Part shown: piece after piece, positions 10,083 to 20,742 of the stretch
How the letters are laid out: each line of letters begins with the position of its first letter
Position numbering within the stretch: position 1 is the stretch's first letter
NCBI GenBank assembly: GCA_050873645.1
Contig: JBNMJE010000001.1
Location: forward strand, 4,255 to 68,254
Direction of reading: 5' to 3'
DNA: 64,000 nt
Source: Succinivibrio sp.
Lineage (GTDB): Bacteria > Pseudomonadota > Gammaproteobacteria > Enterobacterales > Succinivibrionaceae
Notes under the pieces: generated by a model
Seen by the model: the letters and a program-made list of their open reading frames with translations, nothing else
What the model was told of the DNA's origin: nothing
Database searches by the model: none
Position numbers and translations under genes: made by a program

Positions 10083-11534
10083 ATGAAAAAATTAACTATG
10101 CTTGCAGCCTGCGTAGCAGTTGCAACTCTATCTTCATCAGTTGCATACGCAGCTCCTACTGTAGACTTCTCTGGTACCTATTTCCGTTCAGGTTTAGGTT
10201 CATCTCGTGATGGCGCTCATTTCACTCAGAACAAAGATCTTTTAGGTCGTTTAGGTAACGAGTCAGATACCTATGCTGATATCGGCTTAGGTGCAAATGT
10301 TTTAGAGACAGATGACCTATCAATTCGTGCTGAGACCATGTTTGCTTTATCAAATGACGGTACCTCACGTGGTGAAAAGACTAACACCGATTTAGAGCAG
10401 TTAAACTTACAGATCAAAGGCTTAATTCCTAGCGATAAAAACGCTGTAGTTTGGGGCGGTAAGCGTCACTATCAGCGTGAAGATATCCACATGATTGATA
10501 AAAAGTACTACAACGTATCAGGTTTAGGTGGCGGTCTTGAGTACTTACAGTTAGGCCCAGGTCAGTTATCTTTAGCATGGACACGTAATGATGCTGATGG
10601 CTTCCAGTACAGATACAATGATCAGAACTGGAACGAGTGGGGCTGGGTTGATGAGTCAAACCGTGGCTATAAACTCTATGAGAAGAGCAAGTCAATCAAC
10701 GTTAATTATTTAGATGCTCGTTATGCTGGTTGGGCTCCATGGGATGGTGCTTGGACTGAGTTTGGTTTCACCTATGCAATGCCTAAGAAGGGTGAAGCAG
10801 ACGATCGTAACGGCAAAGTTTCTTTCTACGAAGGTTATAACGGCCAGTTCAACCTTGGCGATGCTTACATGGCAACCGCTCAGTTATCACAGAGCTTCAA
10901 CGGTGGCTGGAATAAGACTATCGTTCAGTATACAACCGGTGGTTTAGCTCACCATGCAATCGACATCGGTGATTCATGGATGGACTTCTGGCACAATTCA
11001 GACAATGCTAAAGGTCTTAACATCATCAACACTGGTGTAACCTCAATCTGCGAGAACTTAAGCGTACTACACGTTGTTGCATACGGCTTTGAGAATCACG
11101 TATCTGAAGACTACTACACCACTTCATTCTATGGCCAGAAAGGTGATGTATCTTCTAAGTTAACCAAAGCTTCAGAGAACGGCTATACCCCAATTGACCG
11201 TCAGGACAGCTTCAGAGTTGTTGTACGTCCTAGCTACCAGTTAACTAAGTACACCAGATTATTAGCTGAAGTTGGTGCTTACTGGAATCACACCAAGTAC
11301 GCAGGTCAGGATAAGGTTTTAGAGAGACAGCAGAAGTACACCTTAGCTTATGCTATTGCACCTACTGCTGATATCTTCTCACGCCCTGAGTTACGTTTCT
11401 ACATCACTTACTTACATGCAAGCGATTGGGACAGATCAGATGCTAACTGGACTAAGGGTATTCGTAACCACGATGGTGACAAATACTACCAGGATAACTA
11501 CATGTTCGGTATCCAGGCTGAAGCTTGGTGGTAA
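10083..11534 (+). CDS. ganL: LamB/maltoporin-family carbohydrate porin
   Basis: Signal peptide, VDFSGTYFRSG, GRLGNESDTYA, WGGKRHYQREDIHMID, SRPELRFY and C-terminal QAEAWW. Confidence 0.88.
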   Translation: MKKLTMLAACVAVATLSSSVAYAAPTVDFSGTYFRSGLGSSRDGAHFTQNKDLLGRLGNESDTYADIGLGANVLETDDLSIRAETMFALSNDGTSRGEKTNTDLEQLNLQIKGLIPSDKNAVVWGGKRHYQREDIHMIDKKYYNVSGLGGGLEYLQLGPGQLSLAWTRNDADGFQYRYNDQNWNEWGWVDESNRGYKLYEKSKSINVNYLDARYAGWAPWDGAWTEFGFTYAMPKKGEADDRNGKVSFYEGYNGQFNLGDAYMATAQLSQSFNGGWNKTIVQYTTGGLAHHAIDIGDSWMDFWHNSDNAKGLNIINTGVTSICENLSVLHVVAYGFENHVSEDYYTTSFYGQKGDVSSKLTKASENGYTPIDRQDSFRVVVRPSYQLTKYTRLLAEVGAYWNHTKYAGQDKVLERQQKYTLAYAIAPTADIFSRPELRFYITYLHASDWDRSDANWTKGIRNHDGDKYYQDNYMFGIQAEAWW

Positions 11535-11585
11535 CAGAGTAGTTTAAAACTTTATATAAACTAACTTGTTTGATAATCATCTATA

Positions 11586-11611
11586 GGGAGGCGCAAGCCT
11601 CCCATTTTTTA
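11586..11611 (+). terminator. Intrinsic terminator after the porin gene
   Basis: gggaggc-gcaa-gcctccc followed by a T run. Confidence 0.85.
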
Positions 11612-11701
11612 TCCTGAGCGCGAAAAGTAGGGGTAAGTAATTATGAAGCTATAGCACTTGGATTTGTAAGACAAGTGTTTGAAGTTAAAGTTGATGGCAA
11701 G

Positions 11702-12337
11702 CTATTTTGCTTTTATTGACTCATACAAAAGCTCAAAACCGTTTTGTAAGAATTCATTCTTATCAACTTTAATGATGGCCTTAAGGTATTCTTCTTTATT
11801 TGAAGCAAGTTCTATAAGACCTGATATCATCGCCCACATCGAGAGAATTGATGGCATGATCTTAAGATCAGATCTGAATTCACCTTCTTTAATACCAGAT
11901 TCTATAAACTCATAGATCATTGCGTTGATCTTTTCACCAACTTCAAAGGTATCCTTCTCTTCAGGCAAAAAGTTATCACAGTGCTCATCAAATCTTATAG
12001 TCTTGAGGACTAAAGAGAAATACAGAGGGTAGAGTTTTTTGTACTCATATAAAGAACTGCAGATTCCAAAGAATCTTTCTTTATAGTTGCTATTGCTATC
12101 TTTAAGAGCCTTTTCTGTAAAATCATACAGTGTCTGCATGCTCTGCAGCACCAGATATGACACTAAGATGTCTTTACTTTTAAAGTACACATATAAGGTA
12201 GCTTTACTGTAGCCAGAGCTTTTGGCTATATCGTCCATGCTGGTGTGCTCAATACCTTTTTGTAAAAAGAGTTCTTGAGCGACCAAAGCTATAGCCTTGC
12301 GGTGTACACTTTGAGGTTCTTTTTTACGTCTTGCCAT
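11702..12337 (-). CDS. TetR/AcrR-family transcriptional regulator
   Basis: N-terminal HTH AQELFLQKGIEHTSMDDIAKSSGYSKATLYVYFKSK. Confidence 0.9.
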   Translation of the reverse strand: MARRKKEPQSVHRKAIALVAQELFLQKGIEHTSMDDIAKSSGYSKATLYVYFKSKDILVSYLVLQSMQTLYDFTEKALKDSNSNYKERFFGICSSLYEYKKLYPLYFSLVLKTIRFDEHCDNFLPEEKDTFEVGEKINAMIYEFIESGIKEGEFRSDLKIMPSILSMWAMISGLIELASNKEEYLKAIIKVDKNEFLQNGFELLYESIKAK

Positions 12338-12384
12338 GTTGGTGGATCCTTATGGTTATACCATGAGTGTAACAGCAGCAAGGC

Positions 12385-13477
12385 TTACTGTGAAGACTCT
12401 ACATGAAGGTAATCTTTAAGATCGCGTCTTAATTTGTTGTTTTTGCCATAGTCATCAACATATCCAATGCGTAAGATCATTTGTATCTTATCCTGTGTAT
12501 TCAGTTTGTTCTCTAAAAGCGATCTGTACAGAGGATCTTCTAATGGAGAACTCAATGGCTGTATAGCAATGTCCTTGTCGGTAAGATAAAGCATCAGATC
12601 ATATAAAGTCATACCTGTCTTTATCAGAGAGTCAAAGCTGTCTGTCTTTGACTTTAGCACCAGATAGCCTGCGCGGTTGTTGGCCTGTGCACTAGCTATC
12701 TCAAGACTCTTTGCAGCAAAACTGTCTTTTAAGACACTGTCATGATCCATAAAGGTGTAATAAAAGAACTTTTTTTACACCGGTAATACCAAGAAGCTCA
12801 GCTGACAGTCCATCTTTATGCATCAGTGTTTCTTTATCAGAAAATCTCATCCAGTAAGAGAGCTCTTTAGCTATTTCCTTATCAAAAGACTGCTTTTTAA
12901 AAGCTCTTATAAAGGTATCCTTAAAAAAGGTAAAGTTAGGGCTTTGATAAGCTAAATACTCCGTGTTGCCGTACGTAAGGCTAATCTCATTTAAGACACT
13001 AATATCAATCTTATCTGTTTTAAATTCTCGTTTGTCAGTATGGCGCTTTTGCATTAGCGCAAGCAGCTTTTGATCTTGCGTCTGAGTGTCTGCGTTTTGA
13101 TAATGAGAGTAAGTAAGCTCAACATGATCATGATAAACATTAGTCTGTGTCTTATAGCCATAGGCTAGATAAGCTAATTCAAGTGCTCTTACATAAGCTC
13201 CCAATGAGATTGTCGATTCTCTTTTTAAAGGATCGGTAACTTTAAGTAGGCTAGAGTTATCAAGTCTTATTTGCACCCTTTTTAAAGCAGGGGTGATAAC
13301 AACAGAGTACATTTGGGTGTTATGGGCGCTAGGAGCTAAAGATGCCATATAAAAGATCTCAGATAAGCCCTTTTCAAGATTGGGAACATCCTTATCGTTA
13401 TTAACCTCAAGCGAGCAGGCACTGATAAAAACTGGAATTACAGGAAACAGAAGTCTTTTTAAAGAGAGCAACATCAT
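12385..13477 (-). pseudogene. Nitroreductase-like (Acg-type FMN-binding) oxidoreductase split by a +1 frameshift (ORFs 12740-13477 and 12385-12750)
   Basis: ASLAPSAHNTQ and RHTDKR motifs in the 5' ORF and QMILRIGY in the 3' ORF. Removing one A from the A7 run (12770-12776) fuses them as GVKKFFYYTFMDHD. Confidence 0.7.
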
Positions 13478-13487
13478 TTCACCTCTT

Positions 13488-13516
13488 AAATAATTAAACT
13501 TACAGTTTAATTATTT
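13488..13516. promoter_or_regulatory. Perfect palindrome, putative TetR operator
   Basis: aaataattaaact-tac-agtttaattattt (13-bp arms, 3-bp spacer) about 10 bp upstream of the oxidoreductase-tetR operon start. Confidence 0.7.
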
Positions 13517-13694
13517 AACCAAAAAGAAAAGATGTCAAAAGGAAAATTCAAATCTATTGATTTTGCTGATAATAAAACTGTTTTGAGGTGAACTTTTTAG
13601 ATTGATTTGTCAGGGTAGGTCAGATGGTATTTTAAAATAAGTTATAAAACTCAGACTATATGAGACCATATAGTCTTTGAGTTTTATCAGGACT

Positions 13695-16600
13695 CTATGC
13701 GTCCTGTTTCTTTTTAAGGTTAGCTTTAGCAACACCGAGCATTAGTTTTACACGGTTTAACTGATTTACCTCAGAGGCACCAGCATCACAGTCAATAGAG
13801 ACGATATTAGCCTCCTCATAGCTTTGACGTAAGGAGTGCACTACACCTTTACCGGTGATGTGATTTGGCAGACAGCCAAAAGGCTGCAGGCACACAATGT
13901 TAGGTACACCGTTTTCAATGAGTTTTACCATTTCACCGGTTAAGAACCAGCCTTCACCTGCCATATTACCTAAAGAGACAAACTTGCCAGCAAGTTTTGC
14001 TGTAGTAAAGATGTTCAAAGGTGGAGTAAATCTCTTTGAGTTTTTCAGAGCTTTATAAACATACTTTCTGTAGTGCTCAACTAATCTTATGAAGGTCAGT
14101 GCAAAGAACTTGTTTAAAAGTTTACCTTCTAAAAGATTGTGCTCAATGATTGGATCACCTGCTAGGTATAAGAAGAAATCTACAAAGTCAGGCATTACAA
14201 CTTCAGCACCCTCATCAAAGAGCTCTTTTTCAAGATAGTTGTTAGCTACTGGGTGATACTTAACTAAGATCTCACCTACGATACCTACCTTTGGTTTTTC
14301 GATATGGTTAATCTCAATGTTCTCAAAGTCTTTAACCATATCAAAGATATTTCGTTTGTACTGTTTATTTGAGCTGTCTAAAAGTTCCTGTTTACAGTTA
14401 TTAAGCCACTTTTCAAAGTACTTTTGAGTCTCGCCTTTATGTACTTCATAAGGTCTTACACGATTGGTTAATTTCATTAACAGATCGCCGTAGACAGCAG
14501 CTTTAATTGCATCCTTGAACATAGCTGTAGGCATCTTGAACTCATCTGTTTCAAGACCGTAGACAGCAAAGACTGGTACCTGAGGGAAGCCTGCGTATTT
14601 TAAGGCTTTACGCAACACTGCAATATAGTTGGTAGCACGACAAGCACCACAGGTCTGGAAGAGCATGATAGAGGTGTTATCAGGATCATATAAACCTGAT
14701 TTTAAAGCCTCGAGCATTTGACCAATAACTACAATTGCAGGGTAGCACATATCGTTGTTTACATAGCGTAAACCTAAATCAATAGATGATTTATCAGGCA
14801 GTGCAGGAATTACTACGTTATATCCAAACTTTGATAAAACCGTCTTGAAGAGCTCAAAGTGGATAGGTGCCATTTGAGGTGCCAGAATAGTATGTTTTCT
14901 GATGCACTCTTTAGTAAAGTGAGGTCTATCGATAAATGGAATAGGTGTAAATACAGGTACTGATTTACGGGCTAAGGCAGCTAACAGTGAACGCAGTCTG
15001 ATCCTTGCAGCACCTAAGTTAGAAACTTCATCTAATTTAATTAAAGTATAGATACGCTGATGCTCTTCTAAGATCTCTTTTACCTGATCTGTAGTAATAG
15101 CATCAAGTCCACAACCAAATGAGCTTAACTGAATTAGAGTTACATCTTTATTCTCAACAGCCAATTCAGCTGCGTGATACAGTCTTGCGTGATAGCTCCA
15201 CTGATTGATAAGACCTACTTTGTTAGCCTTGATCTTTTGATGGTAGACGCTGTCCTCAGAGATAACGGCAAGACCATAAGACTCAATCATATCGGCAATA
15301 CCGTGATTGATCTCAGGATCAATATGGTATGGACGACCTACTAACATGATGATGTGGCGATTCTCATTACGTGCCTTTTGAATTACGTTTTGAGCAAAAT
15401 CTCTTACATCCTGTTTGTAGTGTTCAAGCTCGGCATAAGCTGCGTCACAGGCAGCTTCAACTTCTTTTTTAGTAAGTTTTTCTGATTTGAACTCTTCGAG
15501 TAGGCGCTTGCATAAACGCTTTTCATTGTTAATAGGTAAGAAAGGCTGTAAGAAGGTGACATTCTCAGCTTTTAGAATATCCATGTTGCCACGAATATTC
15601 TCAGCATATGAAGCTACAACAGGGCAGTTGTAGTGGTTGTCATTAGGATGAGCCTTATCCACAAGATTAAATGGCAGACATGGGTAGAAGATCTTTTTAA
15701 TGCCTGCTTCAATAAGACTCATGATGTGTCCATGAACTAATTTAGCTGGATAACATAATGAGTCTGATGGGATTGTAGCAAGTCCCTTTGCGTACAGGGC
15801 AGCTGATGACTCTTCAGATAAGACAACCTTATAGCCTAACTTAGTTAATAAGGTAAACCAGAATGGGAAGTCCTCGTACATATTCAAACAACGAGGAATA
15901 CCGATAACTCCACGAGGAGCTTTATCGTCATCTAATGGTTTGTAGTCAAAGACTCTCTGATATTTGTAACGGTAAAGATTATTAGTGTTCTCTAAAGAGT
16001 TATTTACTTTACCGCCAATACCTTTTTCACAGCGGTTGCCTGTAAAGTGACGAGAGTTGTCAGGGAAGATCTGCATGGTGATCATGCAGTTGTTTCCACA
16101 CTTATGGCATCTGTATGATCTGGTCTTATAGGTAAATGAATCTAGATCTTCTCTTTTTAGAATAGTTGAGACATAAGGTTTACCATCTAGCTGCTTTAGT
16201 GTAGCTGATTCATGAGCTAGTATGGCAGCTCCGTAAGCACCCATGTGCCCTGAGATATCAGGGCGAATTACTTTTTTATTCAGTAATTTCTCCATAGCGC
16301 GTAAAACAGCATTGTTCAGGAAAGTACCTCCCTGAACGACGATGTGATCACCTAGTGAATCCACATCCTTTAATTGCATTACTTTAAAGAGCGCGTTTTT
16401 AATTACTGAAATTGAGATCCCTGCTGAGATGTCACCAACTGATGCTCCATCTTTTTGAGCCTGTTTTACCTTAGAGTTCATAAAGACGGTACATCTAGTA
16501 CCAAGATCAACTGGAGCTTTTGAATCAACAGCTTTGTCAGCAAACTCTGCTGCACTTAATTTTAAGCCTTTAGCAAAAGTCTCAATAAAGGAGCCACAGC

Positions 16601-17936
16601 CTGCTGAACATGCTTCATTTAAGGTGATATTACCTATAGTGCCGTCTTTTACAAAGAAGCACTTCATGTCCTGTCCACCAATATCCATGATAAAGGATAC
16701 CTCAGGACAGAATTCTTTAGCTGCACGCAAGTGAGCGAAGGTTTCAACCTCACCAAAGTCAGCATGCAGAGCTGCTTTAATTAAAGACTCACCATAGCCA
16801 GTGGTAGTTACACCTGCTATATAGCAATCCTCTGGCATGTGATCATAGAGTTCTTTTAACTCATTGACCACAGTGTTCAATGGAGAACCCTGATTAGAGC
16901 CATAGATAGTATATAAAAGCTCGTTTTTGTCAGTTACAGCTGCAATCTTTGAGGTGGTAGAACCTGCATCAATACCAACGTAGACAGGTCCATGATAGTT
17001 GTCAAAAGAGGTTCTTTTAACAATATCCTCGCTGTGTCTTTTAACAAAGGCGTCATACTCATCACGTGAGGCAAACAGAGGTTCACTGTGATTTTTAGTC
17101 TCTGTTACAGCATTTAAGGCTGTTTGAGAGAGTTCTGTTAATTCTTTTAAAGAAGTTAATTTTGCTTCATCGCAAATAGCTGCACCGATTGCCACAAAGT
17201 AACAGGCATCAGGTGTTGAGACGACATCCTCATCTTTTAGCTTTAAGGTTTTAATAAAGCGGTCTTTTAATTCAGATAAGAAGGTTAATGGTCCACCTAA
17301 AAAGGCAGTCTTACCTTCAATAGCACGACCCTGAGCTAGAGTACCTACAGTCTGATTGACGACAGCCTGAAAGATTGAGAGAGCTAGATCCTCTTTTTGA
17401 GCACCGTCATTGATAAGAGCCTGGATATCGGTCTTGGCAAACACGCCACAACGAGAGGCGATGGTATAAAGTTTGGTTCCTTTTTTAGCTAAATCATTAA
17501 GACCTTTAGCATCGGTATTTAAGAGGTTTGCCATCTGATCGATAAAAGCGCCGGTACCGCCTGCGCAGGCACCGTTCATACGCTGTTCAAGAGAACCTCT
17601 TAAATAGGTGATCTTTGCATCCTCACCACCTAACTCAATGGCAGTATCAGTCTCTTTGGCAAGTAAGTTAATCGCACTAGTACAAGAGAGCACTTCCTGC
17701 TCAAATGGTAAGTTTAATCTTGAGGCTACACCCATACCTGATGAGCCTGAGAGGGTAATATAGAAAGGATTATCACCTAAAACAGGAGCCACCTTTTCAA
17801 GGTTTCTTTTAAAAGCATTGCCTGTTTCAGAAAAGTGTCTTTCGTAATTTTTGTAAATAATCTTTGCATTCTCATCAAGCACTACGAACTTGATGGTGGT
17901 AGAACCAATATCAATACCAAGTCTTAATGTCGTCAT
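13695..17936 (-). CDS. 2-hydroxyacyl-CoA dehydratase activase-type multidomain protein (two BadF/BcrA-type ATPase domains plus dehydratase-like C-terminus)
   Basis: Two GIDxGSTT-type motifs (GIDIGSTT, GIDAGSTT), CAGGTG and CSAGCG Fe-S motifs, RCGVFA/RCTVFM repeats, SSFGCGLDA, QPFGCLPNH. Confidence 0.82.
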   Translation of the reverse strand: MTTLRLGIDIGSTTIKFVVLDENAKIIYKNYERHFSETGNAFKRNLEKVAPVLGDNPFYITLSGSSGMGVASRLNLPFEQEVLSCTSAINLLAKETDTAIELGGEDAKITYLRGSLEQRMNGACAGGTGAFIDQMANLLNTDAKGLNDLAKKGTKLYTIASRCGVFAKTDIQALINDGAQKEDLALSIFQAVVNQTVGTLAQGRAIEGKTAFLGGPLTFLSELKDRFIKTLKLKDEDVVSTPDACYFVAIGAAICDEAKLTSLKELTELSQTALNAVTETKNHSEPLFASRDEYDAFVKRHSEDIVKRTSFDNYHGPVYVGIDAGSTTSKIAAVTDKNELLYTIYGSNQGSPLNTVVNELKELYDHMPEDCYIAGVTTTGYGESLIKAALHADFGEVETFAHLRAAKEFCPEVSFIMDIGGQDMKCFFVKDGTIGNITLNEACSAGCGSFIETFAKGLKLSAAEFADKAVDSKAPVDLGTRCTVFMNSKVKQAQKDGASVGDISAGISISVIKNALFKVMQLKDVDSLGDHIVVQGGTFLNNAVLRAMEKLLNKKVIRPDISGHMGAYGAAILAHESATLKQLDGKPYVSTILKREDLDSFTYKTRSYRCHKCGNNCMITMQIFPDNSRHFTGNRCEKGIGGKVNNSLENTNNLYRYKYQRVFDYKPLDDDKAPRGVIGIPRCLNMYEDFPFWFTLLTKLGYKVVLSEESSAALYAKGLATIPSDSLCYPAKLVHGHIMSLIEAGIKKIFYPCLPFNLVDKAHPNDNHYNCPVVASYAENIRGNMDILKAENVTFLQPFLPINNEKRLCKRLLEEFKSEKLTKKEVEAACDAAYAELEHYKQDVRDFAQNVIQKARNENRHIIMLVGRPYHIDPEINHGIADMIESYGLAVISEDSVYHQKIKANKVGLINQWSYHARLYHAAELAVENKDVTLIQLSSFGCGLDAITTDQVKEILEEHQRIYTLIKLDEVSNLGAARIRLRSLLAALARKSVPVFTPIPFIDRPHFTKECIRKHTILAPQMAPIHFELFKTVLSKFGYNVVIPALPDKSSIDLGLRYVNNDMCYPAIVVIGQMLEALKSGLYDPDNTSIMLFQTCGACRATNYIAVLRKALKYAGFPQVPVFAVYGLETDEFKMPTAMFKDAIKAAVYGDLLMKLTNRVRPYEVHKGETQKYFEKWLNNCKQELLDSSNKQYKRNIFDMVKDFENIEINHIEKPKVGIVGEILVKYHPVANNYLEKELFDEGAEVVMPDFVDFFLYLAGDPIIEHNLLEGKLLNKFFALTFIRLVEHYRKYVYKALKNSKRFTPPLNIFTTAKLAGKFVSLGNMAGEGWFLTGEMVKLIENGVPNIVCLQPFGCLPNHITGKGVVHSLRQSYEEANIVSIDCDAGASEVNQLNRVKLMLGVAKANLKKKQDA

Positions 17937-18389
17937 AGCATATGTTCTTGTTTTATTAAGGTCTGTCAGTTATAGCGCACTTTTTATTTTTAAGTAAGTG
18001 CAAGAAGACTTTATATGACTGTATAAGTACATGCCTGTTTAAGTAACTTTACTTAATTGAAGCGTCTTCTCTTAGTATTAACTGTCAGATGTTCACTACG
18101 CAAATTTAACATTCTGTTAATAACTTACTGTAACAGGTATATTTTACTTAACTTTATCTGACATGCCTGATAATTTTGCTATAAATTTAGTCAAGTGAAT
18201 AAAAAAGTCAAAACAGCATGCATAAAGGCATAGAGTAAAATACCTCCAGCATACTGTGCAGGATCTTTGGTTTTGCATACAAAACCTATCCAAACAGTGT
18301 ATAATGTGACCTCAATTTAACAGGATATGAAATCCTGTCTTCTTTTTTAAACTGTCAGAAAGACACGTTTCCTATCTTCGGAGCTAAAA

Positions 18390-19364
18390 GTGCAACTTAA
18401 AGATCTTGCAGATAAAATCATTGATGGATATGAGATTTCAAAAGAGGAAGCTTTAGAGCTATATGATGCTCCTCTTGAGGAACTCAAGGAAAGTGCCAGC
18501 AAAATTACTTCACACTTCTTCAAAGAAGCAATCGAACTGTGTTGTATCTCTAATGGTAAGTGTGGCAAATGTTCTGAAAACTGTAAATTCTGTTCTCAGA
18601 GCCGCTACTACAACACCGAAATTCAACAGTCTGTTTTAAAGTCTGTTGATGAGTTCTTTAAAGAGGCTCAGGCAAATGACAGACGTGGTGTGCACCGTTT
18701 CTCAATTGTAACTGCAGGTGTAAGACTGTCAAAAGCTGAGTTAAAGACTATTGCTCAGGCTTATAAAAAGATCACCTCAGAGCTTAAGATCTCATGCTGC
18801 GGTTCTTTAGGTCTTTTAGACTATGACGATTTTGTAATGTTAAAAGAAGCAGGACTTAAGCGTTACCACAATAACTTAGAGACCTCTCCTAACTTCTTTA
18901 AAGAGATCTGCACTACTCATACCATGAAGCAAAAAGAAGATACCATTGCTTTAGCTAAAAAGGCTGGTCTTGAGATTTGCTCAGGTTGCATTTTAGGTAT
19001 GGGCGAGAGTGTCGAAGACAGAGTTGATATTGCTCTAGAGTTACGTAAGTTACAGGTAGACAGTACTCCTATCAATATCTTAAATCCTATTAAAGGTACA
19101 CCTTTAGAGAACCGTCCTACTGTTCACCCTGATGAGGTAAGACGTACTATCGCTTTATTCAGACATGTACTGCCAAAGACAGTTTTAAGATTAGCAGGTG
19201 GCAGACTCATCATTCAGAAGTACTTTACTGATTTATATAAATACGGTATCAATGCTGAGATCACCGGTGATATGTTAACTACAGCAGGTCTTACTGTAGC
19301 TGATGACATCTCTGCTGCTATTAGCAATCAGAAGATCTTAACTAAGATTGAGCCTATTAAGTAG
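18390..19364 (+). CDS. bioB: Biotin synthase (radical SAM)
   Basis: CSENCKFC radical-SAM motif, YHNNLETS, CSGCILGMGE, PINIL, LRLAGGR; GTG start after GGAG. Confidence 0.93.
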   Translation: MQLKDLADKIIDGYEISKEEALELYDAPLEELKESASKITSHFFKEAIELCCISNGKCGKCSENCKFCSQSRYYNTEIQQSVLKSVDEFFKEAQANDRRGVHRFSIVTAGVRLSKAELKTIAQAYKKITSELKISCCGSLGLLDYDDFVMLKEAGLKRYHNNLETSPNFFKEICTTHTMKQKEDTIALAKKAGLEICSGCILGMGESVEDRVDIALELRKLQVDSTPINILNPIKGTPLENRPTVHPDEVRRTIALFRHVLPKTVLRLAGGRLIIQKYFTDLYKYGINAEITGDMLTTAGLTVADDISAAISNQKILTKIEPIK

Positions 19365-19512
19365 TACCTGTAAATAAGCAGTACCTGTAAAACTTTGTAC
19401 TACTAAAACAAGCGCCACATTTTACAGCAATACTAAAACTGCATAAGTTAAAGTTGCATAAAAATGTGGCGTTGTGTTTTTGTAGTTTATTCAGACAGTC
19501 AGTAAGATAGCT

Positions 19513-20592
19513 CTAGTCAACTGAAGTATTATCCTCAGCTAGAGTAACCTTTTCCTGTTTTATCTTACCTTCTCGTTTAATCTCAAAGTTCATCACAGTG
19601 TTAGGTTTTGACTTTGAAACTAGATCAATAAGTTCCCTTACGTTTTTAACGCTGTAGCCATCAACTTTAGTGATGAGATCACCTATTTTTAAAATGCCAA
19701 AAGCAGGTCCTTCAGGATCGACATAACCGATTCTGACTCCAGTCTCTGAATCTAAAGCGGTTGTTTCATCATCTGAAATACCTAAATAACCACGCTCTAC
19801 TTTACCGTGTCGTAAGATCTCATTCATTACTTCACGAACCATCTTTACAGGTACAGCAAAGCCAATGCCGTAGGTATTGTCACCACTGAATGAAGCTGTA
19901 TTGATACCAATCAGATTACCTTTAGTATCAACTAAAGCACCACCTGAGTTACCCTGATTGATAGGAGCATCAGTCTGGATTAACTCCTGAACACCCTGAC
20001 GGATATTCATTTGATCTTTAGATAAAAGACCAGAACCTGAGCGCGATACAGCAGAGATAATACCGTGAGTTACGGTTTGTCCAAGATTATTTGGGTTACC
20101 AATAGCAAGAGCGATATCACCGATATTTGGTTCATTCTTAGCAGGTGTAATTGGAGTTAATGGAGTATCAGATACTGATAAAACTGCTATATCAGTACGT
20201 CTGTCACAACCTACTACAAAAGCTTTCATGACCTTGCCGTCACGAGTTTGCACAAAGATTGCTTTATTAGGCTCATTACCAGATGGAACTACATGGTAAT
20301 TAGTGACGATGATGCCATTCTTATCCATGATCACACCTGATGCTGATGAGGTGATAGAGTTAGGATCAGGAGTTGAATAATCGTCTTTTAAGGTAGCTAC
20401 ATAGATATTTACAACACTAGGAGCTGCTTTGTTTACAGCGTAAGAATAACCTTCAGTTGAAATACCACTTGAATAGATAAGATCGCCTAGTTTTTTACCA
20501 GTAGATGGTTTTACCAAAAGTACAGCGACGCCAACAATGACGCCTACAGCTACTGGAATAAGAAAGGGGAGAGTCTTTTTGCTAATAATCAT
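19513..20592 (-). CDS. degS: DegS-type membrane-anchored HtrA serine protease, one PDZ domain
   Basis: N-terminal TM, triad motifs TNYHVV / TDIAVL / GNSGGAL, one PDZ; downstream of degQ. Start set at ATG 20592 (ORF track extends to 20607). Confidence 0.85.
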   Translation of the reverse strand: MIISKKTLPFLIPVAVGVIVGVAVLLVKPSTGKKLGDLIYSSGISTEGYSYAVNKAAPSVVNIYVATLKDDYSTPDPNSITSSASGVIMDKNGIIVTNYHVVPSGNEPNKAIFVQTRDGKVMKAFVVGCDRRTDIAVLSVSDTPLTPITPAKNEPNIGDIALAIGNPNNLGQTVTHGIISAVSRSGSGLLSKDQMNIRQGVQELIQTDAPINQGNSGGALVDTKGNLIGINTASFSGDNTYGIGFAVPVKMVREVMNEILRHGKVERGYLGISDDETTALDSETGVRIGYVDPEGPAFGILKIGDLITKVDGYSVKNVRELIDLVSKSKPNTVMNFEIKREGKIKQEKVTLAEDNTSVD

Positions 20593-20742
20593 ATAAAGAG
20601 TTCGCACATACGTAGAGTTTCTTTAAAAAGAATACCTTAAATTTCATGAAAATGTGTTGATCTTTATATGATTTTACAAAATAAATCTGCAAAGAAATAT
20701 ATCCATTGAGACAAGCAAATTTGCAATTGTCATTAAGACAAT

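Noticed and set aside
17937-18389. BirA operator upstream of bioB
   Set aside because: TGTTAA/TAACA-type half sites are present but with 8-11 bp spacers, not the 14-16 bp expected.
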